A DNA stretch of 64,000 nucleotides from an uncultured Candidatus Saccharibacteria bacterium. Lineage in GTDB: Bacteria; Patescibacteriota; Saccharimonadia; Saccharimonadales; UBA4665. Made by a program: the position numbers and the translations under genes. A model generated the notes under the pieces. That model was not told the origin of the DNA. It saw only the letters and a program-made list of their open reading frames with translations, and made no database searches. The stretch is taken from NCBI GenBank assembly GCA_963835055.1, contig CAWIDU010000001.1, positions 124,182 through 188,181 of the forward strand. Direction: 5' to 3'. This document shows positions 1 to 8,693 of this stretch, piece by piece (position 1 is the stretch's first letter; each line of letters starts with the position of its first letter).

Positions 1-637
1 TGGAGCGGAAGTCATCGTCCAGGCTTTGGCGCAGCATACTAGCTACCACTTTGCCATTGACGACGAAGGCTCGGATGTCGACGCCGGCGCTCTCAGCCAC
101 GAACTCTTGGACCAAGAAGCTCACTTCCTCGACGAAGAAAGCTTGCATCACGGCCAGGGCCGATTTGCGGGTTTCGGCCAGCACCACGCCATTACCGTGC
201 GTGCCGCGGGCCACCTTGATAATTACTGGCGCGCCGCCGACCTGCTCCAGAACGTCCTCGAAGTCGGCCGTCTCGCGGACGAAGACAGTCTTGGGAATAC
301 CGACACCGGCTTTAGCCAATAGCTGCAAACTGCGCAGCTTGTCACGCGAGCGGACGATGGCGATCGAACTGGTGGTGGTCGGCACGTTCTGCATCTCGAA
401 CTGCCGGACAATCGCCGAGCCATAACGCGTCAGCATCGGGGCAATGCGCGGAATAATAACATCGACATCGTGGATTTCTTCACCACGGTAATTAACGACC
501 GGATTATCCCGTTCCAGTGTTACATAACAGGTGGCATAGTTAACAATCCGGACGCTGTGGCCGCGCTTCTCGGCTTCTTCTTTGAGCCGCTTGGTCGAAT
601 AATTGCCTGGGCCTTTGGATAAAATAACTACTTTCAT
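1..637 (-). CDS. rimK: RimK-family ATP-grasp ligase (ribosomal protein S6 glutamate ligase-like), partial; C-terminus lies outside the window
   Basis: ATG at 635-637. Hand translation MKVVILSKGPGNYSTKRLKEEAEKRGH...GAPVIIKVARGTHGNGVVLAE...VQEFV is typical RimK/ATP-grasp. The ORF runs off the window edge. Confidence 0.8.
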   Translation of the reverse strand, partial: MKVVILSKGPGNYSTKRLKEEAEKRGHSVRIVNYATCYVTLERDNPVVNYRGEEIHDVDVIIPRIAPMLTRYGSAIVRQFEMQNVPTTTSSIAIVRSRDKLRSLQLLAKAGVGIPKTVFVRETADFEDVLEQVGGAPVIIKVARGTHGNGVVLAETRKSALAVMQAFFVEEVSFLVQEFVAESAGVDIRAFVVNGKVVASMLRQSLDDDFRS

Positions 638-646
638 GTCTTAGTC

Positions 647-1909
647 CTATCTCGCTAATTTACGCTCTAAGTAGGCGGCGAAGGCGGCTTGTTTCTCGGG
701 AGCAAACTTGCCCGTCGCCAGTTGCGGTCCATCATTAACTTCCAGACAGTACCACAGTTTCGTATTTTTGTCCTGAACAATATCCACGCCGGCCACTTGG
801 CGCTCGAATAATTGGGCAGCCGACAGACACATTTTCTGAACTTTGGGTGGCAGGCTTTCAATCGGCACCAGGCTAGCCTTGCCGTCACGTTTGATAACCA
901 GCGCGATCTTATTGCCGAAAACCAGCACTCGATAATCATGATCGTTGGGCACGAAAGCCTGCGCCATACAGATAACTTCGTCGGCAGCAGCTGTCCGGCA
1001 AGCCTTCTGGAAGGAGCGCTCGTTGCTAATCACATAGCTGTGACGGCCACGCCGGCCATTAATATCTTTCAGAATAAACGGTAAGCCCAGCTCGCGCTTG
1101 ATGAAGTTGAAGCTTTTCTCGAGATACGGCGGCAGTATGAAGACCACGGGCGGCACCGGAATACGGTTGTCGGCCATGACCAAGCTCTGGTACAGCTTGT
1201 GAGGTTTCGGTAAATGGCGAACTGCCTGGTCGACGAATGGCACCTGCCGCTTATCCAGATAGACCGCCACGACGGCCGCGATGGCCCGAGTTTTCGTCTT
1301 GAAATGCACCATGTCGAAGCTGGTCAGGTCGCGCTGCCCTTTTCTAATAACAATCTGGCTATCACGCCCGACGCTGAAGATCAGATCCTCGTAGGTCTGG
1401 CAGCTGACATGCAGATTCGGACTCTGCTGAGCCAAGCCTTTGGCGAACTTCTCGGTAACACCATGCCGTTTGTTACCGAGGACCAGGACCTCGAATGGTC
1501 GGCGGGCTGGTTTACGCGAGGCGTCGACCAGGAATTTGCCCTGAATCGTGCGGCGGCCAATCAGGATCGGATACTTATTATTCTTACGGTTGGCCAGAGT
1601 GAAGCGGGCCTTGATATTACGGCCGCCCAGAGTCAACTTGAGGTCGATCTTGTAGCGCAGCTCCGACTTTCCGAAAGAGTTCTTGACCGAGATAACCTCA
1701 TAATTGCGGGTGGTAATGACTTTGCCGGTATAGAAAGGCGAACTCTTGTCAAAAAGTGTAAAAGATAGGGTGTTATCCTGCTCGACGATGCGGCTGACCC
1801 AGACGGCGGAACTGTCGGCACCGGTGTCAATCTTGGCCGGGACGCCATGAATCTGGTCGTCCGGTAACGACACCAGCTCAACTGTACCGATCAGGGGTAA
1901 CTTATTCAT
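647..1909 (-). CDS. Fusion protein: N-terminal retropepsin-like 'ATP-dependent zinc protease' (RimB/DUF785-type) domain plus C-terminal RimK-like ATP-grasp domain
   Basis: 420 aa. The N-terminus VELVSLPDDQIHGVPAKIDTGADSSAVW carries the DTGA aspartic-peptidase motif of the RimK-associated protease family. The C-terminal half (FILKDINGRRGRHSYVI...AGVDIV) looks ATP-grasp-like. It sits immediately upstream of rimK. Confidence 0.7.
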   Translation of the reverse strand: MNKLPLIGTVELVSLPDDQIHGVPAKIDTGADSSAVWVSRIVEQDNTLSFTLFDKSSPFYTGKVITTRNYEVISVKNSFGKSELRYKIDLKLTLGGRNIKARFTLANRKNNKYPILIGRRTIQGKFLVDASRKPARRPFEVLVLGNKRHGVTEKFAKGLAQQSPNLHVSCQTYEDLIFSVGRDSQIVIRKGQRDLTSFDMVHFKTKTRAIAAVVAVYLDKRQVPFVDQAVRHLPKPHKLYQSLVMADNRIPVPPVVFILPPYLEKSFNFIKRELGLPFILKDINGRRGRHSYVISNERSFQKACRTAAADEVICMAQAFVPNDHDYRVLVFGNKIALVIKRDGKASLVPIESLPPKVQKMCLSAAQLFERQVAGVDIVQDKNTKLWYCLEVNDGPQLATGKFAPEKQAAFAAYLERKLAR

Positions 1910-1960
1910 ATTATTACTTATAAGGGTGTTATTATACCCTATTGCTTAAATTTGGTCAAT

Positions 1961-2077
1961 CTAGCCCTTGGCATGTAGGACACGAGTGTAAACCAGATAA
2001 ATGATGACCACGACAACCAGCAAAATAGCTATTAACAGCGGTATGAAGCCGGATTGATTCAGGGGCGAGCGCTTCAT
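1961..2077 (-). CDS. Possible 38-aa single-pass membrane peptide
   Basis: Internal ATG of ORF 1961..2389 gives MKRSPLNQSGFIPLLIAILLVVVVIIYLVYTRVLHAKG, with GAGG just upstream. The longer ORF version overlaps the GGDEF gene on the other strand. Confidence 0.3.
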   Translation of the reverse strand: MKRSPLNQSGFIPLLIAILLVVVVIIYLVYTRVLHAKG

Positions 2078-2143
2078 GACCTCTATTATTAATCCATAAG
2101 CGGTGTTTTGGCAACCAAAAGCCCCCCCCTGGGGTTGATATTT

Positions 2144-2896
2144 ATGAGCGCTTATGCTATAATTACAAACAGTATGCCCCGCTACATTGAAACCAGCCAA
2201 GCCAAGAAAGTCCACGAAACAGCACCTGCTGTTGTCAAAAGTCCCGGCCGGCCCTTGCTTCAGAAAATTTCCGATCGAATTCACTTCCGTCGCAATAGAC
2301 ATATATTGGAGCGTAGTGAATGGCATGCGCGCCGGGAAAACATATTGTTGCGCCAACAAAATGAGGCTGCGCGTAGCGATGCCCATCATGACGAGCTAAC
2401 TGGCTTATTAAACTTGCGCGGCCTTAAGGAATATCTCGAGCAGGTTGAATCCCCTGCCGCGCTCTTATATATTGACGGCACCAACCAAAAAGCCGTTAAC
2501 GACCGGTTTGATCATGATCGTGGGAATCAAGCTATTGAAGGCACGGTCGAAGCAATCAAGCGAGCCCTGCGTCCAGATGATGTACTAGCCCGCATTGGCG
2601 GTGACGAGTACCTAGCCGTCTTGAGCAAAGCCCGCCCTAGTGGTGATGATCCCGACAAATCGGCAGCCGACATCTTGAGTGGTACTCTGGGCCGCATAAG
2701 GAGCGATGAGAGTCCCTACTTCTTAAGCAGGCATCCGCATTTTGCAGCTGTTGGCTATGACATTGCTATCGGAGGCGCGCTCTGGGAAGAGGGCATGTCA
2801 ATTGACCAAGTACGTCTAGCCGCCGAAGCTGATATGACCGCAAACAAAGCCGAACAGCACGCTATCCACGGCCAGCATCGACCGCCTACGTCTTAA
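2144..2896 (+). CDS. GGDEF-domain diguanylate cyclase (GGDEY variant, RxxD I-site present), no recognisable sensor domain
   Basis: ORF 2108..2896; I prefer the ATG at 2144. Motifs seen: LTGLLNLRG, DRFDHDRGNQ, RPDDVLARIGGDEYLAVL. Confidence 0.8.
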   Translation: MSAYAIITNSMPRYIETSQAKKVHETAPAVVKSPGRPLLQKISDRIHFRRNRHILERSEWHARRENILLRQQNEAARSDAHHDELTGLLNLRGLKEYLEQVESPAALLYIDGTNQKAVNDRFDHDRGNQAIEGTVEAIKRALRPDDVLARIGGDEYLAVLSKARPSGDDPDKSAADILSGTLGRIRSDESPYFLSRHPHFAAVGYDIAIGGALWEEGMSIDQVRLAAEADMTANKAEQHAIHGQHRPPTS

Positions 2897-3972
2897 TTAT
2901 TATTAAATTCTTCTAGAGTTTGCCGCTGCTCGCGGCTGAGTCGGGTCGGTGTATCAACCAGAATCGTTACGATATGCGGGCCGCGACTGTTACCCTTGAG
3001 GTGCGGCACGCCGTGATCGGATAATTTGAAGTCGGAGCCGGACTGCGTACCAGCCGGAACTTTCATGCGAACCGGGCCATCGACGGTATCAACGTCAATT
3101 TCGGTGCCGAGAGCCGCGTCGACCATGCCGACGTGCTCTTCGCTGAGGATCAAGTCGCCTTCGCGGGTGAAACGCTTGTGCGATTTGACCCGAACATTTA
3201 CATAAAGATCACCTTTCGGACCGTTGGCGATGGCTTCGCCGTGCTCGCGCAATCTGATAGTCGCGCCGTCATCGATACCGGCCGGGATCTTGAGTTGGAC
3301 GGTTTGGCGTTTGCCCACGGTGCCTTTGCTGTGACAGACGGTGCAAGCTTTCTCAGGAATTTTGCCGCTGCCGTGACACTTGGGGCAGACGCTGGCCTGC
3401 TGGATATTGCCGAAAACGGTGCGCGTGACGTTGACCACTTGGCCGCTGCCGTGGCATTGGTCGCAGGTCTTTAATTCATAACCGGGTTCGACAGTTGTGC
3501 CTTTGCAGTGCTCGCAGGTGTCATCAAGGTGCAGGCTGAGGTCGACGTCGGTGCCGAAAACGGCTTGCTCGAAACTTATTTCTACCGCCGCTTCGACATC
3601 GCGGCCGCGGGCTTGGCGCTGTTGGCCCCCTGCACCACCGAAACCGCCGCCGAAGAAACTGCTGAAAATATCGCCCAGACCCAAGTCGCCGAAATCGAAG
3701 TTGACGTTCTGGCCCCCGGCGCCGCCGTATCCGCCGTCGAATGGATTGCCGGAGGCGCCGCCCACGCCGGCGTGACCGAATTGGTCATATCTTTTCCGTT
3801 TGTCAGTATCCTTCAATACTTCGTAAGCTTCGTTCAGCTCTTTGAATTTGGCTTCGTCGCCGCCACGGTCAGGATGGTGCTCGACAGCCGCCCGACGAAA
3901 AGCTTTCTTGACCTCGTCAGCGCTGGCGTCTTTCTTGACACCCAGGACTTCGTAATAATCACGTTTCGCCAT
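2893..3972 (-). CDS. dnaJ: Chaperone DnaJ
   Basis: J-domain with HPD (HHPDRGG), G/F-rich linker, four CxxCxGxG zinc-finger repeats; 359 aa. Confidence 0.97.
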   Translation of the reverse strand: MAKRDYYEVLGVKKDASADEVKKAFRRAAVEHHPDRGGDEAKFKELNEAYEVLKDTDKRKRYDQFGHAGVGGASGNPFDGGYGGAGGQNVNFDFGDLGLGDIFSSFFGGGFGGAGGQQRQARGRDVEAAVEISFEQAVFGTDVDLSLHLDDTCEHCKGTTVEPGYELKTCDQCHGSGQVVNVTRTVFGNIQQASVCPKCHGSGKIPEKACTVCHSKGTVGKRQTVQLKIPAGIDDGATIRLREHGEAIANGPKGDLYVNVRVKSHKRFTREGDLILSEEHVGMVDAALGTEIDVDTVDGPVRMKVPAGTQSGSDFKLSDHGVPHLKGNSRGPHIVTILVDTPTRLSREQRQTLEEFNNN

Positions 3973-4252
3973 TTTTTCGAGCCTGTTCGTACTTTATTGA
4001 ACCTTCAACTTTTCGAAAAACATACTCGCATCTTTCCGGCGGTATACCATATTCCTCTGAAATACGCCTCTCTAATTCATCCAGGCAAATATCTCGAGTA
4101 ACAGGATCTCCAAAATCTTCTCGGGCAAGCACGCTCAGCACTTCTCGAACTCTCCCATCTCGACACACCTGATGAACTGCCCAATCCTCTTGGGTCTTAG
4201 GGGGAATTAGCCCCCAAAGAAAATCTCCTGTAATTTCTCTCTCACCATTCAT
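3959..4252 (-). CDS. Hypothetical 97-aa protein, paralog-like to 4274..4567
   Basis: Same strand as dnaK/dnaJ. Its stop overlaps the dnaJ start by 14 nt. Shares the L-x-R-x-[IL]-x3-YG[IL]xP motif with the neighbouring 97-aa ORF. AT-richer than dnaJ/dnaK. Confidence 0.6.
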   Translation of the reverse strand: MNGEREITGDFLWGLIPPKTQEDWAVHQVCRDGRVREVLSVLAREDFGDPVTRDICLDELERRISEEYGIPPERCEYVFRKVEGSIKYEQARKNGET

Positions 4253-4273
4253 AGTCCTATCCTAGTGAGATGA

Positions 4274-4567
4274 TTACGCTTCGTTAGCATAGCCTGATGC
4301 CGCCTTTCGTACTTCGTACTCTTCGCAGGCGATTGCAAGCGATTCCGATATAATTTGCCTAGTTTGGCCAGGGCTTAAGCCATAAGTCCGTTGTAGATCA
4401 CGTTGAAGTTTATGCTCTGTCATATCAGTAATATATTGCGCGGTCTCCAGATCAACCTCAGGCGGCAGCTCTTCGGTGGTTTCAAGCCAGCAGTACCAGC
4501 GCAGCATGGGATGCTGTCTGGCGCTAAAAGTTCTGGATTGATGGTTGAGAAATACTAATTCGCCCAT
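4274..4567 (-). CDS. Hypothetical 97-aa protein, paralog-like to 3959..4252
   Basis: Same-strand ORF between dnaK and dnaJ; contains LQRDLQRTYGLSPGQ...EEYEVRK. I recognise no known domain. Confidence 0.6.
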   Translation of the reverse strand: MGELVFLNHQSRTFSARQHPMLRWYCWLETTEELPPEVDLETAQYITDMTEHKLQRDLQRTYGLSPGQTRQIISESLAIACEEYEVRKAASGYANEA

Positions 4568-4583
4568 TGTCTTATTTTACCAG

Positions 4584-4844
4584 TTAACTTCTAATAAGTT
4601 TTTTCTTGCGGCTAGAGATTTCGGAGACAACCTTTTCGACTTTGTCAAAATTGTCAGTAGTTGTTTCTAGTATTAATTTAACCTTGCGCGTTGTACCAAT
4701 TTGGCCCTGCCAATTATGTTGATTCTTAACCTCCATCAATTCAACATTGGTCACCAAATTTTTTTCCAAAAGCATGTCAGCAATCCGCTGAGCTTCCTGC
4801 CAGCTGCCACAGGTCAGAACCAGTTCAACAAAATTAGTCTGCAT
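4584..4844 (-). CDS. Small CutA-like (divalent-cation tolerance fold) protein, tentative
   Basis: 86 aa. VLTCGSWQEAQRIADMLLEKNLVTNVELM...W.G.I...KVKLILETT resembles the CutA1 pattern. Overlaps the upstream ORF by 11 nt. Confidence 0.5.
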   Translation of the reverse strand: MQTNFVELVLTCGSWQEAQRIADMLLEKNLVTNVELMEVKNQHNWQGQIGTTRKVKLILETTTDNFDKVEKVVSEISSRKKKLIRS

Positions 4845-5250
4845 CTAAACGCGCCTCGACAGCCTCGCCAGAATCCCTGATGGCTGCTATGCCTTTATTA
4901 AACTCAGTTTGGAAGTTAAGAAATTCAGCGGTTGAGGCGGGAATTCTATGCGCTCTGCTGTCATCTATGCTCCCCTCATCAGCGTTAATGGATACATCTA
5001 TAGAGCCATCTCCGTTGACAAGCCTCAACAGTCTTACGGTAATGGGCTCTTCGCCTTTCTCACCAACTAACATGATATCCGCGGCAGTCCAACTTTCGCC
5101 GGTTTCGGGGTCAATAGCCTGCCTAGCCCTGATTGAATAGCCAATTGCAGGATCTAGTAATGAAGAGCCCACGGTCGTAAATGGTTGATCGCCGAAAAGT
5201 TCATCAACGTCAGGACCCCCAAATCTCTGCCTAGGAGGGGTTTCTGACAT
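4834..5250 (-). CDS. Hypothetical acidic 138-aa protein
   Basis: ORF begins 1 nt after the dnaK stop, on the same strand. Very D/E-rich with no recognisable motif. Confidence 0.6.
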   Translation of the reverse strand: MSETPPRQRFGGPDVDELFGDQPFTTVGSSLLDPAIGYSIRARQAIDPETGESWTAADIMLVGEKGEEPITVRLLRLVNGDGSIDVSINADEGSIDDSRAHRIPASTAEFLNFQTEFNKGIAAIRDSGEAVEARLDAD

Positions 5251-5251
5251 G

Positions 5252-7171
5252 CTAATCTTTCTCGTCTTTGTCGTCGACGACTTCGCCTTCGATGGGTTCG
5301 TCTTTGGAACCGGGCTTGGCAGAATCTTCTGAATCTTCGGCTGGGGTTTCTGAGGCCTCGGCGGCTTCGTACATTTTGGCGCCGATGGGCATTAGTTTGT
5401 CATTTAGTTCTTTGGCGGCGGCTTCCAGGGCGTCTTTGTCGGCGCTGTCGTCGGCCACGACTTTCTTGGCGGCTTCGACGGCCTCGTCGAGTGTCTTGAT
5501 GTCATCTTCGGCGATCTTGTCGGCGCTGTCTTTCTTCAACTTCTCGGCTTGGTAGATGGCGCTGTCCAGCAGGTTGCGGGTCTCGATGGTTTCGCGCTTG
5601 GCTTTGTCTTCGTCGGCGTGGGCTTCGGCTTCCTTGGCCATTTTCTCGACTTCGGCCTTATCAAGGTTTCCCGAACCTTGGATGGTAATGCTCTGCTCTT
5701 TGCCGGAGCCTTTGTCCTTGGCGGTGACGTTGAGGATGCCGTTGGCGTCGATGTTGAAGGTCACCTCGACCTGCGGCACGCCGCGCGGCGCAGGCGGGAT
5801 GCCATCCAGTACGAAGCGCCCGAGACTCTTGTTGTCGGCAATCATTTCGCGCTCGCCTTGAGCAACGTGGATTTCAACCTGTGGCTGGTTGTCAGCGGCT
5901 GTTGAGAATGTTTCCGACTTGCTGGTTGGGATGGTGGTGTTGCGCTCGATCAGCTTGGTCATAACGCCGCCGAGGGTTTCAATGCCGAGTGATAGTGGCG
6001 TGACGTCTAGCAATAGAACGTCTTTGACGTCACCCTGCAGAACACCGCCCTGAATGGCGGCACCGATAGCTACGACTTCGTCAGGATTGACGCCCTTCAT
6101 CGGGTCTTTGCCGAAGATGCTCTTAACTTTTTCCTGAACGGCCGGCATGCGCGTCATACCACCGACCAAGACGACAGCGTCGATATCGCTGGCTTTGAGG
6201 CCAGCGTCTTTGAGCGCCTTTTCACAGGGCGCGGCGGTCTTGTCGATTAATTCGGCGACCAGGCTTTCCAGCTTGGCGCGGGTCAGCTTGTGCTCGAAGT
6301 GCTTGGGGCCTTCGGCGTCGGCCGTCAGGAATGGCAGGTTGACGTTGACTTCTTGGGCAGTGCTGAGCTCAATCTTGGCCTTTTCGGCTTCGTCGCGCAG
6401 ACGCTGCATGGCGGCATTGTCATTGGTGATGTCGATGCCGTGCTCTTTCTTAAATTCGTCGGCGAAGTAGTTGATGATGACGCGGTCGAAATCGGCGCCG
6501 CCGAGATGAGTGTCGCCGTTGGTACTTTTAACTTCGAAAACGCCGTCACCCAATTCCAGGATGCTGACGTCAAAAGTTCCGCCACCGAGGTCGTAGACGG
6601 CAATTTTCTCGTCTTTCTTGTCGGCTTTGTCGAGACCGTAAGCCAAGGCCGCGGCCGTCGGCTCGTTGATGATTCGCTTGACTTCCAGGCCAGCAATTTT
6701 TCCGGCATCTTTGGTGGCTTGACGTTGGGAATCATCAAAGTACGCGGGAACGGTGATGACGGCTTCGGTAACTTTGTCGCCCAGGAAGCTCTCGGCGTCA
6801 GTTTTCAACTTGCCGAGGATCATGGCGCTGATTTCTTCGGGGCTGTATTCTTTGTCGCCCATTTTGACTTTGACGTCGTTGCCGCTTTTGACAATTTCGT
6901 AGCCCATCAGCTTGATATCACGTTGGACGGCTTTGTCGCTGAAATTGCGGCCAATCAGGCGTTTGACTTCATAAATCGTATTCTTGGGATTAGTCACCTG
7001 CTGGCGGCGAGCCACTTGGCCAACCAAGCGTTCGCCATTTTTGTTAATCGCCACAACTGATGGCGTGGTGCGGGCACCTTCGCTATTAGCGATAATTTCC
7101 GGCTTGCCGGACTGCATAACGGCCATCGCCGAGTTGGTTGTTCCTAAATCGATTCCAATAATTTTTGCCAT
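5252..7171 (-). CDS. dnaK: Chaperone DnaK (Hsp70)
   Basis: 639 aa; [28 protein letters not shown] signatures and an acidic C-terminal tail. Confidence 0.99.
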   Translation of the reverse strand: MAKIIGIDLGTTNSAMAVMQSGKPEIIANSEGARTTPSVVAINKNGERLVGQVARRQQVTNPKNTIYEVKRLIGRNFSDKAVQRDIKLMGYEIVKSGNDVKVKMGDKEYSPEEISAMILGKLKTDAESFLGDKVTEAVITVPAYFDDSQRQATKDAGKIAGLEVKRIINEPTAAALAYGLDKADKKDEKIAVYDLGGGTFDVSILELGDGVFEVKSTNGDTHLGGADFDRVIINYFADEFKKEHGIDITNDNAAMQRLRDEAEKAKIELSTAQEVNVNLPFLTADAEGPKHFEHKLTRAKLESLVAELIDKTAAPCEKALKDAGLKASDIDAVVLVGGMTRMPAVQEKVKSIFGKDPMKGVNPDEVVAIGAAIQGGVLQGDVKDVLLLDVTPLSLGIETLGGVMTKLIERNTTIPTSKSETFSTAADNQPQVEIHVAQGEREMIADNKSLGRFVLDGIPPAPRGVPQVEVTFNIDANGILNVTAKDKGSGKEQSITIQGSGNLDKAEVEKMAKEAEAHADEDKAKRETIETRNLLDSAIYQAEKLKKDSADKIAEDDIKTLDEAVEAAKKVVADDSADKDALEAAAKELNDKLMPIGAKMYEAAEASETPAEDSEDSAKPGSKDEPIEGEVVDDKDEKD

Positions 7172-7203
7172 AAAATTGCCCTTCCCTATTGATTAACAGT
7201 TAA

Positions 7204-7230
7204 TTAGCAGTCAAAAGTTACTACTGCCAG
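7204..7230 (-). promoter_or_regulatory. Degenerate second CIRCE-like inverted repeat
   Basis: TTAGCAGTC-N9-TACTGCCAG. The left arm matches CIRCE in 8/9 positions and the right arm in about 6/9. It lies directly downstream of the main CIRCE, over the putative -10/+1 region. Confidence 0.35.
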
Positions 7231-7257
7231 TGTAGTTAATTAGCACTCGGGTGTCAA
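7229..7257 (-). promoter_or_regulatory. Putative sigma-70-type dnaK promoter embedded in CIRCE
   Basis: Minus strand reads TTGACA (7252-7257), a 17-nt spacer, then TACACT (7229-7234). The -35 hexamer lies in the CIRCE spacer. Confidence 0.45.
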
Positions 7258-7266
7258 GAGTGCTAG
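7240..7266 (-). promoter_or_regulatory. CIRCE operator (HrcA binding site) upstream of dnaK
   Basis: TTAGCACTC-GGGTGTCAA-GAGTGCTAG versus the consensus TTAGCACTC-N9-GAGTGCTAA. Confidence 0.85.
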
Positions 7267-7293
7267 ATGTATTGATTTTTACAACTATGGCTT

Positions 7294-7683
7294 TTAGTCA
7301 AGATTGAAGAAAACCCGGATATCTTCTCCTACAGTTATAGGAGGTCCCAGCTCCCCAATATATGTCTTGCGGCCCGGTGGAGTTTCAATATATGACATTT
7401 CTTCGCCATCTGGGCTGATCCAGGGATGCCGCGTCACCCAGGCGCAGAGCCCGCCAAATTCTTCTGGCAGCCCGCCGCGCGCGATCCACTCTTCATACAA
7501 TTCTTCTAGTTCTTCTTGGGCAATGCTGCGAAAGCTATGCGCACTAGGTTCAACGTCTAAACGATGGAGGGCTTCGTCAAGCCGGGCGTAATTTGAGCCA
7601 GTGATGAGTGTCTCGCCGTCATCTAAGAAGTCGGTCTGTTCGAGACCGAGGCCTTGGTAAGGATTGGGGTGTTGTTCGTTCAT
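7294..7683 (-). CDS. Hypothetical acidic 129-aa protein
   Basis: Same-strand ORF between grpE and the dnaK promoter. Its start overlaps the grpE stop by 4 nt. No recognisable motif. Confidence 0.6.
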   Translation of the reverse strand: MNEQHPNPYQGLGLEQTDFLDDGETLITGSNYARLDEALHRLDVEPSAHSFRSIAQEELEELYEEWIARGGLPEEFGGLCAWVTRHPWISPDGEEMSYIETPPGRKTYIGELGPPITVGEDIRVFFNLD

Positions 7684-8150
7684 GCGGCTTCCGTCTTGAC
7701 ACGCACGATGGCGTGGCGCAGAACTTCGTCGCCGAGTTTGTAGCCGGCTTGCAGTTCTTCGCTGACGATTTCGTGCTGGCCGGCGCCTTCTTCTATGCTG
7801 ACGGCCTCGTGCAGGTGCGGGTCGAAGTGCTGGCCGACGGTTTCGATACGCTCGACGCCCATTTGTTGGATAGTCGCCTCGAATTGCTTGACGACGGCTT
7901 GGACGCCTCGGATATAATCATTGTTTTCCAGATCTTTCGGCGCGTGCTTGAGGGCCCGCTCGAAGTTGTCGATGACCGGTAGCAGCTCACGCACAACATC
8001 GGCTTTCAACCGAGTTCGCAAACCAGTGATTTCTTCCTCGTGCCGACGGCGCAAATTGACGGCATCGGCTCGCTCGTGCTGGAGGGCTTGGGTGAGCTCA
8101 GCAAGCCGTAAACTATCGGCTTTGGGTTTCTTGGGCTTATTAGGTTTCAT
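7680..8150 (-). CDS. grpE: Nucleotide exchange factor GrpE
   Basis: ORF 7680..8243; I prefer the internal ATG at 8148-8150 (MKPNKPKK...). VVRELLPVIDNFERAL and the C-terminal beta domain are typical of GrpE. Confidence 0.9.
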   Translation of the reverse strand: MKPNKPKKPKADSLRLAELTQALQHERADAVNLRRRHEEEITGLRTRLKADVVRELLPVIDNFERALKHAPKDLENNDYIRGVQAVVKQFEATIQQMGVERIETVGQHFDPHLHEAVSIEEGAGQHEIVSEELQAGYKLGDEVLRHAIVRVKTEAA

Positions 8151-8382
8151 AGCGCTCCAAAAAATTTGCCCGTAAATGCTCAACCAGGGCCCCGGCCAGG
8201 ACGGCGGTTGATATAAGTAATAATCCACCGACGCCGCTAGCAATGTCTTGGCGCATCAATCCTTCCACCGATTCGGTGGGCGAAGGTGTTTGCTCGAGAT
8301 GCCAAGCTCCGCCTTCGTCCTTGTAGAAAAATCCGCCTCGACAATCGATAATTTCTCGCTTAGATTGAGAAGATTTTCTCAT
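8140..8382 (-). CDS. Hypothetical 80-aa protein with a C-terminal-half TM helix
   Basis: Same-strand ORF between hrcA and grpE. VGGLLLISTAVLAGALV is a hydrophobic segment. Overlaps the grpE start by 11 nt. Confidence 0.5.
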   Translation of the reverse strand: MRKSSQSKREIIDCRGGFFYKDEGGAWHLEQTPSPTESVEGLMRQDIASGVGGLLLISTAVLAGALVEHLRANFLERYET

Positions 8383-8693
8383 AGGAAAAGTTCTCCGCGT
8401 ATGGCTTCAGATCTTTCATGATCTATCATAAATTCAACGGTAGCCACTCCTACCTTGTGAGAAGCCTCAATTTCAGCATCTGAAAATTCTAGACTTAGCA
8501 GAGTTCGATATGCTCTTTGATAGCCTTCTATATATCCTGGCACGTCAAAGATCACGCCGGGCTCGCTGGCTTTGCGAGCACTTGGCACCAGGTGGACAAA
8601 CATAACATCTGAGCCGTGATCAACTCTTTCATCACTGTCGGCATCGACAAAGTCTGCGGCTGTAAGTTCTGGTTCTTCCTCGAAACTAGGCAT
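8379..8693 (-). CDS. Hypothetical acidic ~104-aa protein
   Basis: ORF 8379..8732; I prefer the ATG at 8691-8693 (MPSFEEEPELT...), which overlaps the hrcA stop within ATGCCTAG. Confidence 0.55.
   Translation of the reverse strand: MPSFEEEPELTAADFVDADSDERVDHGSDVMFVHLVPSARKASEPGVIFDVPGYIEGYQRAYRTLLSLEFSDAEIEASHKVGVATVEFMIDHERSEAIRGELFL

Noticed and set aside
1961-2389. 142-aa minus-strand ORF
   Set aside because: It overlaps the N-terminal region of the GGDEF gene on the opposite strand. Only the last 38 codons (a TM peptide) look plausible, and I list those as a low-confidence feature.
6290-7060. 256-aa + strand ORF, and several others at 5268-7196, antisense to dnaK
   Set aside because: Entirely inside the unmistakable dnaK CDS on the other strand. 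The composition is typical of shadow ORFs in GC-rich coding DNA, and no motif is present.
7680-8243. Long versions of grpE (to 8243), the esterase (55886-56572), the Pro-rich peptide (47853-48362) and the GtrA gene (to 63203)
   Set aside because: The upstream extensions overlap the preceding gene and add non-homologous sequence. Internal ATGs give the conserved N-termini and typical 4-11 nt overlaps.
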